Below the pieces are notes generated by a model. It searched no databases. It saw only the letters and a list, made by a program, of their open reading frames with translations, and was not told where the DNA came from. Shown in pieces: positions 36,464-49,000 of a stretch of DNA of 64,000 nt; position 1 is the first letter of the stretch; the number at the start of each line of letters is the position of its first letter. The translations under genes were made by a program, and so were the position numbers. The stretch covers positions 18,166,001-18,230,000 of the forward strand of contig CM060734.1 in NCBI GenBank assembly GCA_030704615.1, in the 5' to 3' direction. The stretch is from Takakia lepidozioides (lineage: Eukaryota > Plantae > Bryophyta).

Positions 36464-39442
36464 ATGGACGTGGAAGCAGAAGACGACGATATACTGAAAA
36501 CGGGAAACTGGATTATATGGCCTCTTCGACAAAGTTTGCAAACACCCAAACCAGGACCCTTCAACACGAAGGACCTCCATTGGAAGAGAGACACGCAATA
36601 TGGTTATATGAGTGCGCGAATGAATGTTCAGAAGGCCTGCATACCGTGGGATAGAGTTGATGACTTTCTCCTTGGAGAGGAGAGTTTGGTGGACTACCCC
36701 ACTCAGTTTTGGGTGAATGTCCATACTAAAGTGCAACCCGGCATGCTAAAAGAGCCGAGAGCCAACAGTTTTCTGAACAGTATCATGTGTGCACCATCCT
36801 CATCGTCTTTTGTAGTATGATTGCATGTCTATTGCCATTTTTCGTACCCACGTACTGTGATTTCATGCTTCCAGAAGTCGATGGATATCGATTGTGATTT
36901 TTATGTCCAGGTATCAATGCTGTTACGGTCCAGATAACAAGCGCACCGACAATGCAATAGTGGAGGATCCCAAACTGAAACGTGGAGGACCTCTTGTGGG
37001 TGCTGGAACATCTCACCCTCATAAAGGCCCAAAGATAAAGAAGTCGGAATATGGAGAGTCTTACAAGCGTGGTTGCCAATGCTGTTTCAAGGTCCAACGA
37101 TGCTATCTCGCCCCCGACATTTGTGTCCTCACGTACTACAACAACATGAAGCATATAGACGCGAAATGGAACGCCTGTCATGGGAAGTCCGCTGAGTTCA
37201 GGAACACTCGCCACGCCTATGCACCACACATTAGCGAGGAATTGAAAGCATGGGTCATGGAGTGTCTGTGCCGAGGCCTGTCAGTCGCCCAAATCATGAT
37301 AGAACATAAAGAGCACGTCATGAACAACACCGGGTTGGGGGATGCATGGACACGAGATGATTTTTTGTTGGAGCAGGATGTGCGCAACCTGACCGAGAAA
37401 CGGGCGTGGCAAATGTTCAAAAAACATGCCAACGATGCGGAGAGTGTCCGCATGTGGAAAGACCAGAACCCGAAATCGGTCTTCTTCTATCAAGAAGAGA
37501 AATTGGCGTCAACATTCAAGCACTACGATGACGACTTAACATTCACAATCGGCATACAGACTGAGTGGCAGAAGAAGCGAATGCTTCAATTAGGCCATGC
37601 CCGTATCGTTGCATGCGATGCAACCTTCGGGACAAATCACCACAAGGTACTCTTCATCCCTTTCACAATTTATCCACTTGCACAACTAGTGGATGTGCGC
37701 ACACTGGCAACATCTGACATTGTGCATCTGAACAGTTCCCATTGTACACGTTGATGGTCTTCGACGAGTGGCTTAATGGTATACTAGTTGCGTACATCAT
37801 ATCCGCGCGTGAGCGGACAATAGACCTGGTGCCGTGGATGGCAGCCTTGCGGGACTCACTCCTCGCAGACATGCCGGACTGGCGACCCAATGCCTTCATT
37901 GTGGATGATGTCGACGCCGAAATAAATACCATTACGTAAGTTTCACATACCCTCTTGTGCACTCGCGTCAAGTCCGCTGCGTGCGTCCATTGTCAGTCTC
38001 TTTGGCAAGTCCCCTGCCATACAACGCAGTCATTTGTGCAAGTCCGGCCCATTCTTTTCTGCAAGTCTGCTGGCAAACCAGTCCGCTAATAATGTCGTTT
38101 CGCGAAGTCCGCTGGAAGACTCACTTGCGCAAGTCTGCTACAAGGTCAGTCTGGTCGGGTCTGCTACCAGCAAAGTATGGGTAAGTCTACTGCCACTGAA
38201 GTCTGGGTAAATGTGCTACCGGCCTCCTAAGGGCAAGTCTGCAAGCCAGTCCGCCGGAGCGGTCTGTTTGCAAGCAGTCCGCTGCAAGAATCACTTGTGC
38301 CAGTCTGCTCCGACGTCAGTCTGGTCCAACAAGTCCACCGGAGGGGACTGTTCGGAAGTCTGCTGGAAGCCCAGGCCGCTCGGAATGCCCTTTGGCCAAG
38401 TCCGTCGCAAGACTCACTTACGCAAGTCCGCTGCGAGGTCAGCGTGGTCAGGTCTGCTGGTGGTGTCGTGTGGGCAAGACTCATGGCAGGTCAGAGAGGG
38501 CGAGTCTGCTGGCTGAATCCGTTTGGCAAGTCCACTGGAACAGACGGGCAGACTAGTCCACCAGAGAGTCTATTGGGTTAGTGCCCAAGTCCACCGGCGA
38601 AGTCCTCTTTGAAGTCTCTCATGTGGGCATGTGTACTTTGCAGGATTGTTTTTGGAGGAGTGCTCATTTTCCTATGCCTTTGGCATGTCCGGCGGGCTTG
38701 GGTGAAGCAATCATGCGCGAAAACCAAAGATCCTATCACTGCCGCAAACTTGCTGAAGGATATGGGAGATCTCATGTACTGTAGAGGTGGACCAAGCGAT
38801 CCCAAAGAAGGTCTTGCGTGGGTAGCAAAAACGCTCCGAGGCATGAGAAAGAAATATCCGAATGGGCATGAATTTTTGGACTACATCGATAAGGAATGGC
38901 GCCCTAAAATAGCAATGTGGTGTACAGCCGCTCGCCATGTTCCGCATGCCAGTCAGGACACAAACGCTAGCATTGAGGCATACCATGGAAACTTGAAGGC
39001 AAGACTGAGGATGGGGAAAGGCAAAATGACTGGGCGTAGAGTGGATTGGCTTATATGGGAACTCACAGGCCGTGTGCTAACACACTACTGGTATGCAATT
39101 CACCTGAAGACGCACGGATTCATAAGGAATGACAAACAGGAGAAGTACATGTCCAGTTTTGTGCTTGCGGCACGCAACATCCCAGCTTGCAATGTCACTC
39201 TTCCGTTCCATCCTGGGCAACCAGCCTATGTTCTAAGCACCAATTACCCAAACACAACTTACATTGTTTACAACCCCGGATGCGAATGGGCTTCTTGCAC
39301 TTACCAATGGGCAATGAAGGGCAATTTGTGCAAGCATCAAGTCCGAGTTCTGAAGTTGTTTCATCCACACTTGCAGGATGGACTCATAGTGCGCGCTTGT
39401 GGCACGGCGCTGGGAACCATTTCCTTAAGCACCCCCACTTGA
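36464..39442 (+). CDS. MULE-type DDE transposase with SWIM zinc finger (about 4 exons)
   Basis: KRGCQCCF..HIDA..CHG (WRKY/GCM1-like), IVACDATFGTN, FIVDDVDAE, LCLWHVRRAW, TNASIEAYHGNLK, and SWIM-like SCTYQWAMKGNLCKH. Introns ~36787-36910, 37647-37735 and 37936-38643. Confidence 0.9.
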
Positions 39443-39475
39443 ATGTATTCTAGAGACTTAGCCTGGTTGGAGTTA

Positions 39476-42338
39476 TCAACCCATATTGCAGATCCGTGAA
39501 GAAACAGTCATTGTCATTGGTTGGGAAAAGGTTCCGGTGAGTAGGAGTCTGTTGAGTGTGCTGATTCTGCTCCTGGGACTCGAACGCCCTAGTATTTCCA
39601 GTCTCCTGGGCTGCCTGCGAGACCATGTGTTGCTGAGCACACTCCTCGCCAGTCTGCTGGACATGAACCTCGGTAGTCTTCTGGACAGTGCCATCGGAAT
39701 TAGGATGGCCCTGTACTGTGAGGAGAACGTCTCTTGCAGCTCTGACAAGGCGAGTCGAATGCCTTGTTCACGGCTTCTTCTTTGAAATCGCCCCGCCCTG
39801 AAACATACCATAGGTTTAGTACTCGACATTGATCCATGGGAAATTTTAGGACTTGTAAATGACGGAGAACAGTGCATACCTTCAAGGCGATTTCCGATGA
39901 GCCCAATATCTTCAATTTGGCGAGCCAGCAGTGCGGAATCAAGCTGGCCAATGGCGGATATGCGGTCTTCATACGGAGTTCCAGACCAGAGGACTCTGAA
40001 GACATCTGGTTTGTGCAAGACAATGTCAATTACAGCTTGCTCCTGGACAACTGACAACCATACCAAAGCGTCATCCAGAACCGCCTTCCTTGCCTGCGGT
40101 TCTCCATGTAGTAGATCCATGCGAAGGCTATGCAAGTCCTTTCTCAATTTCCTGTACGAGGTGAAATTACCAAATTGCATCCATCGATGCCGAAGGAAGG
40201 ACGATGTCATGCGGTCCAACTGCTCTGCTCTCAGTGCTGACAAGTGCTTTATGCGCACACCAAAGGCTAGGTGTGCCATAGCCATATGCCGAAGCTCGTC
40301 CGGGCATGGGTCATCCATGAGAATTAGCTGAACAAGCAGCGGCGGTTCGCTTCAGTCACTGAGCACATCAACTGCAAGCATGCTTGCACTTTGCAAAACT
40401 TGGTTGGCTTCCTCGATCGTGTACTCCATGGAATAGTGAAAAGGGACAAAGGGCCAACGCCGGTCTGTCACAATGTGGTGAAGGTCACTATACCATTCAA
40501 GGTGGGCACTTGATCCACCTACCCTAAACCGGGGAAGTGTAAGATCTGCATCCGTGGGATTACCAAGCGGCAATGGCGGTCTTCAAACCCCAAAAATGCC
40601 TGTGCTAGAGAGGACGAGGGCAATCTGTTGGACGGACTCGTGTGCAGTCTGCGCCGCAGTCTCATGGGCAAACACATTGGCAGTGTCCTCCACAATGTCC
40701 TCGGCATTGTTCTGGACAGTCTGCTGAAACGTGCCGATTGGCACAGACTCAGGGCTGGCGATAGTATGAGGGCTGCCCAGAAATGCCTCAGTATACAATG
40801 CCTCTATGGCAGCGGCAGACACAGGATACTTCCACAAAATGTATTCCCAAACTTGGTCCACTTCTATCCACACCGCATTCACTTGCAAATGAGGGTCTTT
40901 GGTGTGCGTTCTCCAAGCCGCAATGGCTGTCCGAACACGCTCTCGAACAGCATGAGCCTGCTCTCCAGCGAAGTACATAAGTGAAGGCCAACAAAGTGAA
41001 CAACAAAGTAAACTAGTACAAAAGACCAGCATAGAGGACGAGCAGACTGGAGCAGCAGACTGGACCGTTAGACTGAGTGGACCGCCAAACAAAACGAGTA
41101 GACTGAGCAGACCTGAGGGTTGAGGGTTTACCAGAGTACTGAGATAAGCAGACCAGAAGATGAGCAGACCAAGCAGGCTTACCCCACAAAGCAGCAGACC
41201 AACAGACTTAGCAGACAAACCAGCAGACCCGAAGTCCAAGCAGACAACAGCAGACTAGCAGACTAGTTTACGCTTGTTGGAGGGATACAAGAGAGTAGTA
41301 CATGCTGGTCTATTTCATCCGCATTCTCATCTGCAATGCACTTCAACCAATTTTCTTGCGCCTGGCGGATTGTCACGGCCATCCGTCCGGTCTGCACAAA
41401 TCTGAAGAAGAACGGGAAGAACTCTGGATCGTCCGGTGGTGGGCACAACGCTGGGAAAACCCCGAACGGAAGTAAGAGCAGAGTGCCCGGACAGAGAGGG
41501 CCGTCGATCTTCTCAGGGGTCTTCTCAGCGCCATTGTACTCGGTCTGTTGGGAGTTGACTCCAGTCTGCTGGGTCTACTGAGTGGTCTGGCGAAGGGAGG
41601 TGGTCTCCTCGCTTCTGTCTATCTGCATGTCCACCCTGTCGGACAAGTTTATGTAGTTGCATGTTGAAGGTGGACCGTGTTCTTCCGAAGACTGGGCAGA
41701 CTGACTGGATTCCTTTTCGGCAGACTCGCTTGAAGAACTGAGTGTTTGCGTTTGCCGGGTATTCCTAGTCTGCGGCGGCTCTTGCCCGCCGGCTTGCACT
41801 GAAGCCGCTCTTGCATCGCGAGCAGACTTCGCTACTCTGGCGGAAGCCTTCTTTGCCACCCCATCACTCAGTTTGCGTTTCTTAGGACCCACAGGCATTT
41901 CCTGAAAGTGGTCTTCGTCCACAACCTGCTGTTCCACAATTCCAGCAGCCCTCTAGTACTGTTGCCTGACTTCGTCCAAACTTCGGGGGACTGAGTTTTT
42001 GCCGCGGCATCTCAAAGCAGCCTCATGCGGCTCCTTCTGAGATGCTGGTATGGGTCAAGGCTTGAAGTTGGGCGGAATAGCAACCTTGCAACCCGTATCA
42101 ATGCAATGGCGGTTGAGCTGGATCTTGTCTTTTATGTCCACTTGCAAAACGGACACCTCAGCCTATCCTTGGTCCATTGTGGGTTTTGTTCCTTGGAAGC
42201 GCGGAGGTCTACACATGCTTCCACTATTTTGTGTTCGTACTCCTTTGGTGAGTACCAATACCTTCGCAGCTTCTTTAATTGCGTCTGGTGCACAAAGGAG
42301 ACCCAGTCGGGTCTACCCTTCTCACAAGCATCCTCCAT
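39476..42338 (-). CDS. Second, antisense spliced gene of the MULE; function unknown
   Basis: Chain of minus-strand ORFs 42132-42338, 41575-41937 (NLS-like PKKRK), 41263-41448, 40583-40970, 40352-40573 and 39476-40318, with some frameshifts. Confidence 0.6.
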
Positions 42339-43679
42339 CGATTCAGAAGACTGGAAACGAACAGGAAACTATGCGAGAAGACTGAAAACAACAAGAAAAA
42401 CTCTCAGTGGAAGAAGAGGCGAGGACGAACACAGGAAGAACAAAAAGCAGTAAATAATATGAAAAAGAGTACTTCGCAATTGGAGGAACCGTCGCGTACT
42501 TACGGGAGCCTTTGTATTCGCAACGCTTGGGAGCTCGGGAGGACTCTCTGAATCTGCGGAAGGAGGACGGTCTGCTCGTAGTGGTCGTGGCAGACCGAGG
42601 CGGGGTCAGCAGCGGGAAATGGAGATGGAGGGCACTGAAACAAAAATGCGCATGAAAAGGGCAGAGAGACGCATCGGAAGACCACACGACTCGCGTGAAG
42701 AAGAAGTTCAAACTAACAACAGACGGGCCATGCAGAGCGACGTGGCGCGTCATCATTGGCGTCGGCAGCGCCGTCATGCATTTAAGATGGACAGCAGACC
42801 CATTATCCAGCAGACTGTTCAGCGGACATGCAGAACATTGTGCATCGTTGGGGCCGCACGCGCCGTCCACGCATTTAATAGGTCCGGCAGACCCACTGTC
42901 CAGCAGACTGCCAGGTGCCCACTTCCCAACAGACTTCCCAACAGACTATCGCTGCAACCGGCTGTCGGGCAGCGTCGACCAGCAGACTTTGACGTGCTGG
43001 AAATGACGGCCCAACAGACCCATCTCAAACAGACTTGCCGCACACCAGACTTGGCGAACTGGTAGCCGAACAGACTGATATCCCAAAGACTGCCATGCTT
43101 GCCGCCGTCGTCGCATTTAAGAGGGTCCACCAGACTCCCACATTCTGATGTGGACGGCCGAACAGACCCAGTACAAACAGACTTGCAGCAGTCCAGCAGA
43201 CGGCCTGGAGTCAGACTGAACGCAAATAGACTGAAGTGGCAGTCCAGCAGACGGCCTGGAGTCCAACAGTGGTAGTCCAGCAGTCCCAAGAGAGCTTTTG
43301 TCTTGCGAAAGATGATGTAATTGGTGTAGCAGACTTGGACGCGGTGCAAAGTCCGGCCGAACAGACCCACTGTGAACAAACTGGCGGCACAAGAGACTGA
43401 TAAAGTGGCATCCGACAGACAGACACATGTTGGAAGAGACCGACTTTTAGGTCACTGTCGAGAGAAGAAACTGAGCAGAAAAGCGTCATATCCAATGCAG
43501 TGGTGGGCCACCAGAGCCAACGCGAACAGACTTGTTGCAGAATAGACTGATAAAGTGAGTCTCTGATATCGATACAGATCCAGTGTCTCACCCACGGACG
43601 GTTCAAAAGACTCAGGAGAGAAGAATCGAGAAGACTGACGGGAGAAGAGGGTAAACAGGAAACTCGATTGTTCTCAACT

Positions 43680-44290
43680 GTCCTCATCGTGTCAATGGAC
43701 ATGATCCAGTTCTACGGGCCTCAAACATCCATGCACACTTGCGGAATGTCAGCACATGTCTCAGCGTGGTTCCGCAGGTGTAAATGGATGTTTGAGGACC
43801 GTAGGACAGGATCTTGTCCGCTGAGACGAGGAGCAGTAATGCTGCAGTCTACTGCCAACCCCTCTATCATACGATTTGGATCCTTGACAAAGCATTGGAT
43901 CTTCGGGATTTCCATTATGCTAAACTTTTGCACGCTCTTGCATGCCGTTTTACTTCGTCCCCTAAACAGTCCCATCGTCCGATATGAAATGTGCAATGTA
44001 TACACGCCCCCATGTGCATATGCTTCCACGATTTTTGCCCTCATGGGGTCCGTTGCAGTACGAAGGGGTATCATGAGGGACCAGAAACAGATGACGATAT
44101 GGAGGATAGATAAGGTAGTAGCGATTTTATGACATATAAGCATACCATAAAGCCTAACCTTCCCTAAAGCACAACAAGAAGGCCAAAATAGTGGAAGCAT
44201 ATGCACGATGGTGGCTGTAGAGCTCGGCCCGCCAGTCCTGTCATGTTCAGGCACACCCTTCATCATCATCAACGTCGCTTGTGCACAGGA
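43680..44290 (-). CDS. Possible third MULE cargo ORF; function unknown
   Basis: 208-aa ORF 43721-44347 with a globular-looking core (ATDPMRAKIVEAYAHGGVYTLHISYRTMGLF...). Confidence 0.3.
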
Positions 44291-45384
44291 AGAAGACGGC
44301 GTGCGTGGGAACGCCCTCCGCAACATCCGACAACAAAGAGCCCTCATAAGAGAGAGGCCGGTTTTGGTGGAAGGGTTTAGATTTTCCCAGCCCTAAAAAA
44401 GGAGGGCTCGGATGGGTTTTGAATTGGACGGTCCAGATCCGGCGCCGTCGGCGGACTGGATGGCCACGGATTGGAGGGCAGACTGGAGGCCAACGGACTG
44501 ATAGCAGACTGGAGGGCAGCGGACTGGCCTGGCGTGCACAGCGGACTGGCCGGCAGACTGGCGGTCTGGCGGACTGGAGGGCAGCAGACTGGCCCCGGCG
44601 GACTGGTGGCAGACCGCGGGCGCGGCTGGTGGGCCGCGGGTGCTGTGCCCGCAGCGGCAGCAGGCACGGTCCAGGTGGGAGGAGCCTAGCGTCCATGCGC
44701 GGGGCCCACCAGTCAGCTGACGCGTGCGCCATAAGGTCCCAATTATTGTAAAATGAGAGGTGGGTGGGTAGAACCTATCAACATCAAAAAAGAAAACTGC
44801 ATAGGTATTTCAAGAATATCTTAAGTACACTCACTAAAAGACAAATTGATACCATCTACTTGCAAAATAGCTTATACCGCAGGTACAACTACCACATAAC
44901 TTATGTGATCTCGTCTCTCCAAAACATCCTGCATGTCGTCTCAAAATGCTGAACATACATTCGTTGTATCTCATAAATAACCTCTATATCCAGTCTCGAC
45001 ATGTTGTATATACACTTGTTTCATCTATTCACTTCAGTATTACCTCCCACTTACTTTCTGGTCTGCTCATTGGTTATGTTTTAAGATGGAATCTTATCAT
45101 AATCTAGCTAGAACTTATACTACTTTCTCCTCTTAGGTGAAGCCTTTATAATACACTTAACATTTATGGAGGGCAAATTAACAAAAGGGGAGTAAACAAT
45201 TGTTAACAAATAACATTTGCGAGTGTGCACAAGTAGGGGAGTAAAATTTTCTTAACATTTATGGTAGTTTAACATTTATAGAGTTAACATTTATCCAGAC
45301 TGTACCGTACTTGCAATCCAGGATTTGAGCCTAAAAGACCCCGGACCTCTAAGCTTGTGATGATGACTGTTTGTCATCCACGAA

Positions 45385-45532
45385 GAACACGTGTGTGTCA
45401 GAGGTTTGTCGTGGAGCTTTCACTGGATAAGCACGTGCCACCTCATCGCGTAAAAGTGTAAAAGTGTGAAAGTGGGAAGAGTTACGACCAGTTTATTACT
45501 GCGGGTCCCTAGTCTCTACGGGGTAATATAAG
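45385..45532 (+). promoter_or_regulatory. Putative transporter promoter: two G-box/ABRE-like CACGTG cores and a TATA-like box
   Basis: CACGTG near 45388 and 45432, TATAA near 45527, upstream of ATG 46065. Confidence 0.4.
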
Positions 45533-46064
45533 CGTGCTTGCTTTCTTGACTTCCGATGTGCATCGCTTTCAGTTGTAAAGGTGCGGGGAGGATTGGGGGA
45601 TTGTTGTCTGCTGCTCCTCAATCGTCGCTGCGGAATAATTCAGTTATGGAAAGATGTTTTGAGTTTGTTTTGCAAGATTTTGATGTTGTGGCGCCTCTCT
45701 CCTGTCTCGGTGGTGCTGCTTCCTCAGTGTGACGTATTGGAAAGCATGTGGTGCTTCGCATAGAAGCGGGCGCTTATATCTGGTGGAAGCGAGGCTGCGA
45801 CTTGCGAGTGCAGGTAATATGATCTGCTGATGTAACAGGTGTGACAGTCTTGTGTAAGAGGTTCCGTTTGCAGCTGACCGTCACATTCTAATACTGATTC
45901 AGAAAGGCCTACGGTTGAATCTAATGCAAGCAATAACTCACCAGGCGTAGATTTGAACGATATCCGAATCACGGTGTCAGCCACGAAGTGTGCTCGTCAT
46001 CAGCTCATTGCGGTTGCGGCAGTGAAGATCTTACTGGAAATTCGACAGGAATTTTTATCAAAGA

Positions 46065-49000
46065 ATGGAAACCACAGGGGATCTGAAACGGATGGAACAG
46101 GGAAGTAGTGAGCATAGAGATAGAACGTTGACTAGTGGAAGCAACGACCTGGGTAAGCCATTACTAAAGGACGGGAGTACCGGGAAGCCAAGACCTCATC
46201 ACAGACACCATCATAGATCAAGGAGAGAAGCCCCTCCAAATGTTGGATTCGTCATATTCACGACTGTTGTGGTCGCACTTGGTCCTCTATCACTTGGATT
46301 TGCGGTATGTCCACATTGCTTGAGTTTATTTGGTTATCGTTGGAAGAGATGTCTCAATTTGTCCATTTCCTCCATAAGGATGCTGTCCACTTTCCCGGAC
46401 CTTATTAAACTATCGCCAAGTGGCTGGTGCACTGGGCTTCCCTCCTGTTGTTTTTGTGGTCTCCACTGTTGGCGTCAGGCTTGAATTGAGGAATTGATCC
46501 ACGCTCAGTCTTTGGGCAGCTGGTTGGCTAGGCTTGTTGTTGGTTTCTTCTGTTTGAGAGGTCCTGGGTCAATTGCCATGTTGTTTATGTAGAGTTGGTT
46601 GTCCGGTTGTATGGATTTGCTGTCATTTGCCATTCACGTGGGTTACATGACAATGAACATCATTGTTGGGTCTACTTAGTGGCTCGCTTACAATATCTGA
46701 AGCAAACAACAAAGCCAAGAACGATATCAGAGAGTGAAATGTCCAGGGATGGTGATTGACTTAAAACTGATGAGGTCCGAACTTGCCGAAACAGAGTACG
46801 ATCACATCATGGTATTCATGCCCCGGTGTTGATTGGCAGCTACAAACATTCACAATGAGACTGACCCCTGATTGTCTTCGTGAATTGAGGTCCTCTTTGT
46901 GATCGACAAGGTTAATGTGTGAACATCAAACCAAGCACAAGGCGACTATGTTAGCCACCAAGTTGGGGCTACCCTGTAGCGTTTTCTACCTCAGAAGTAA
47001 CCAAATGGTTGTCGCTTGGGTTTCACTTGCAACTAGATGATTGCTCACGAGGCTTGACCAGATCAAGGAGCTTAGGGCAGCTTGAGGTATAAGTATAGTA
47101 TGTTGCTCGAATTTATGAGGAATTTAGCTCCATCCGAGCTTTATTCAAAGAATTGTTTGTACTCAGCTTCGAAATCTCGCAAAGCTGTGAAATTGGTGGT
47201 TGAATGTGTTGGTTTCAGTATTTGCAGTCCGTGAATTTTGTGAGCTTGGGTCTTGGCATGTCTGGATGTGTCAAAGTCGCCTGTGGTGATGTTGAGGTTT
47301 ATCGGTACTAAACTCTCTCCCCTCAAGGACCATCCCTTGTTTGCCTACGTGTCTGTGGTAGCTTGTTGGTTGTCATGCATTGTGTTGTTTCATGGAACTA
47401 CTTGCCTCCTCCAACTTCGATCTGTCTACCTGATAGGCACGTTGGCCTTTTCTGGTGCATGACTTGTTCCCCTCCTGAGAGGATTGAGAGAAAAATATCC
47501 AAATTCTAAATTGAAGCCTGCAATATAGATGTTTCTGGACTGAGCACAATGAACCCCTTGATATACTGCAAGCATGTGTAAATGATGACTGAAGAGTGTT
47601 ACAATTTTGCAGTTCTCACAGATTTTGTCGTTTCTAATGATGGTTGGAATCATATGGAGGTTGCAGATTGGATATACATCTCCAATACAATTGGCAATCA
47701 CCAAAGATCTTAATTTGACTGTTTCTGAGGTAAATCTTCGCAGTCACAAGTAGCATGACAGCTGAGGAAGTTCCATGCTCTCTCTTACATATGATCACAA
47801 TTTTCAAGATGTCTCTTACCCCGTGTGGTGAGTCTAATTCTGGGAGTTGTTCTCTTCAGTTTTCGACTTTTGGCTCCATTATGAATGTGGGATGTATGCT
47901 TGGTGCGATCGCAAGTGGCCGTCTCGCTGACTATCTTGGTCGGAAAAGGGTGAGTCTTGTTTGTCTGGTGTTTCGACTATTTAACTGCAATTTTCCCATT
48001 CATAAAACTGGATTCTTTGACTGTGCTCATGAAGTCGCACTGCGGTTTTTGCTACGGAGGAACTTTTCCATCACAAGCACTTTGTCACTGAAAAGTCTCT
48101 GGTGACTGGAAGGGCAGGCATTATTGGTGGCAATACTGCCGGAGTTGTTGGGGTGGATCATCATCATCTTTGCCCATGTGAGCTCTTTATTTATTTCTTT
48201 CTTCCTCTCTTCTCGCATACATAAGAAATTTCTCTTATGTCTTCTGCCTGGCTTGCATACCCTGCTTACACAGCTCCAATATTGCTTAAAACGTTGCTTG
48301 AATAAACAACATGGTTCCAATAAATTGTTGACGCTGGTGCTCAAGGCCCTGGAATCAGATTCTGATCAGCTGCATGAGCACTTCGTTTTCAGGGGTCACA
48401 AGATGGTCGCTTGAGAAGATTAGTCTTGTTTGGAGGGTATGCCAAAGCTAGCATTGACGGGGAAGGGTCAATCTCACAGTGTTGTTGAACCAGAAGCTAT
48501 TGAAGACAATGTGTTTGTGTTATGAGTAATTATGTATGCATTGTAAGCCTAGGTCGAACTTACAATTTTCTGAATGGGATGAGGGATGGAATGTGGGGCA
48601 TGGATGCATGCAGACTTCAACACCTATGATTGTGGCTAGGGTCCTTGTGGGGTTGGGAGCGGGAATTATCTCCTTTACAGTAAGCCCTCCTCTTGACTTT
48701 GAAATTTGCAAGACTGATATGCTGATGTGACCTATTTGTTGCAATTTACCAGTTTTGAGCTTTTTCTCAAGCATGTTGCAAAGGCGTATGCTGTATACCG
48801 GGTGGACATACTTTTCCGTGTGGACTACTATAAGCGACTCCCCCAAACAACACACGTGCCAATTGTTTGTTTCTATAGTTTGTAACACTTGCTGATGGGA
48901 TGAGTTTGAGACTCAGTCCTGTTTATAGAAATGGTGGATGGTAGTTACTATTTAGTCCTGATCCAGCGGTAACATGTTGTAACGTGGATAGAGATTGCTC

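Larger units (their letters stand above)
35924..44760 (+). mobile_element. Mutator-like (MULE/SWIM) DNA transposon, 8.8 kb, with ~390-bp imperfect TIRs
   Basis: Ends CCTCTCATTTTACAATAATTGGGAC and its reverse complement at 44736-44760. TIR similarity extends to ~36314 / ~44390. Internal transposase present. Confidence 0.92.

Noticed and set aside
45150-45305. MITE suggested by four TTAACATTTAT repeats
   Set aside because: No matching second terminus or TSD was found.
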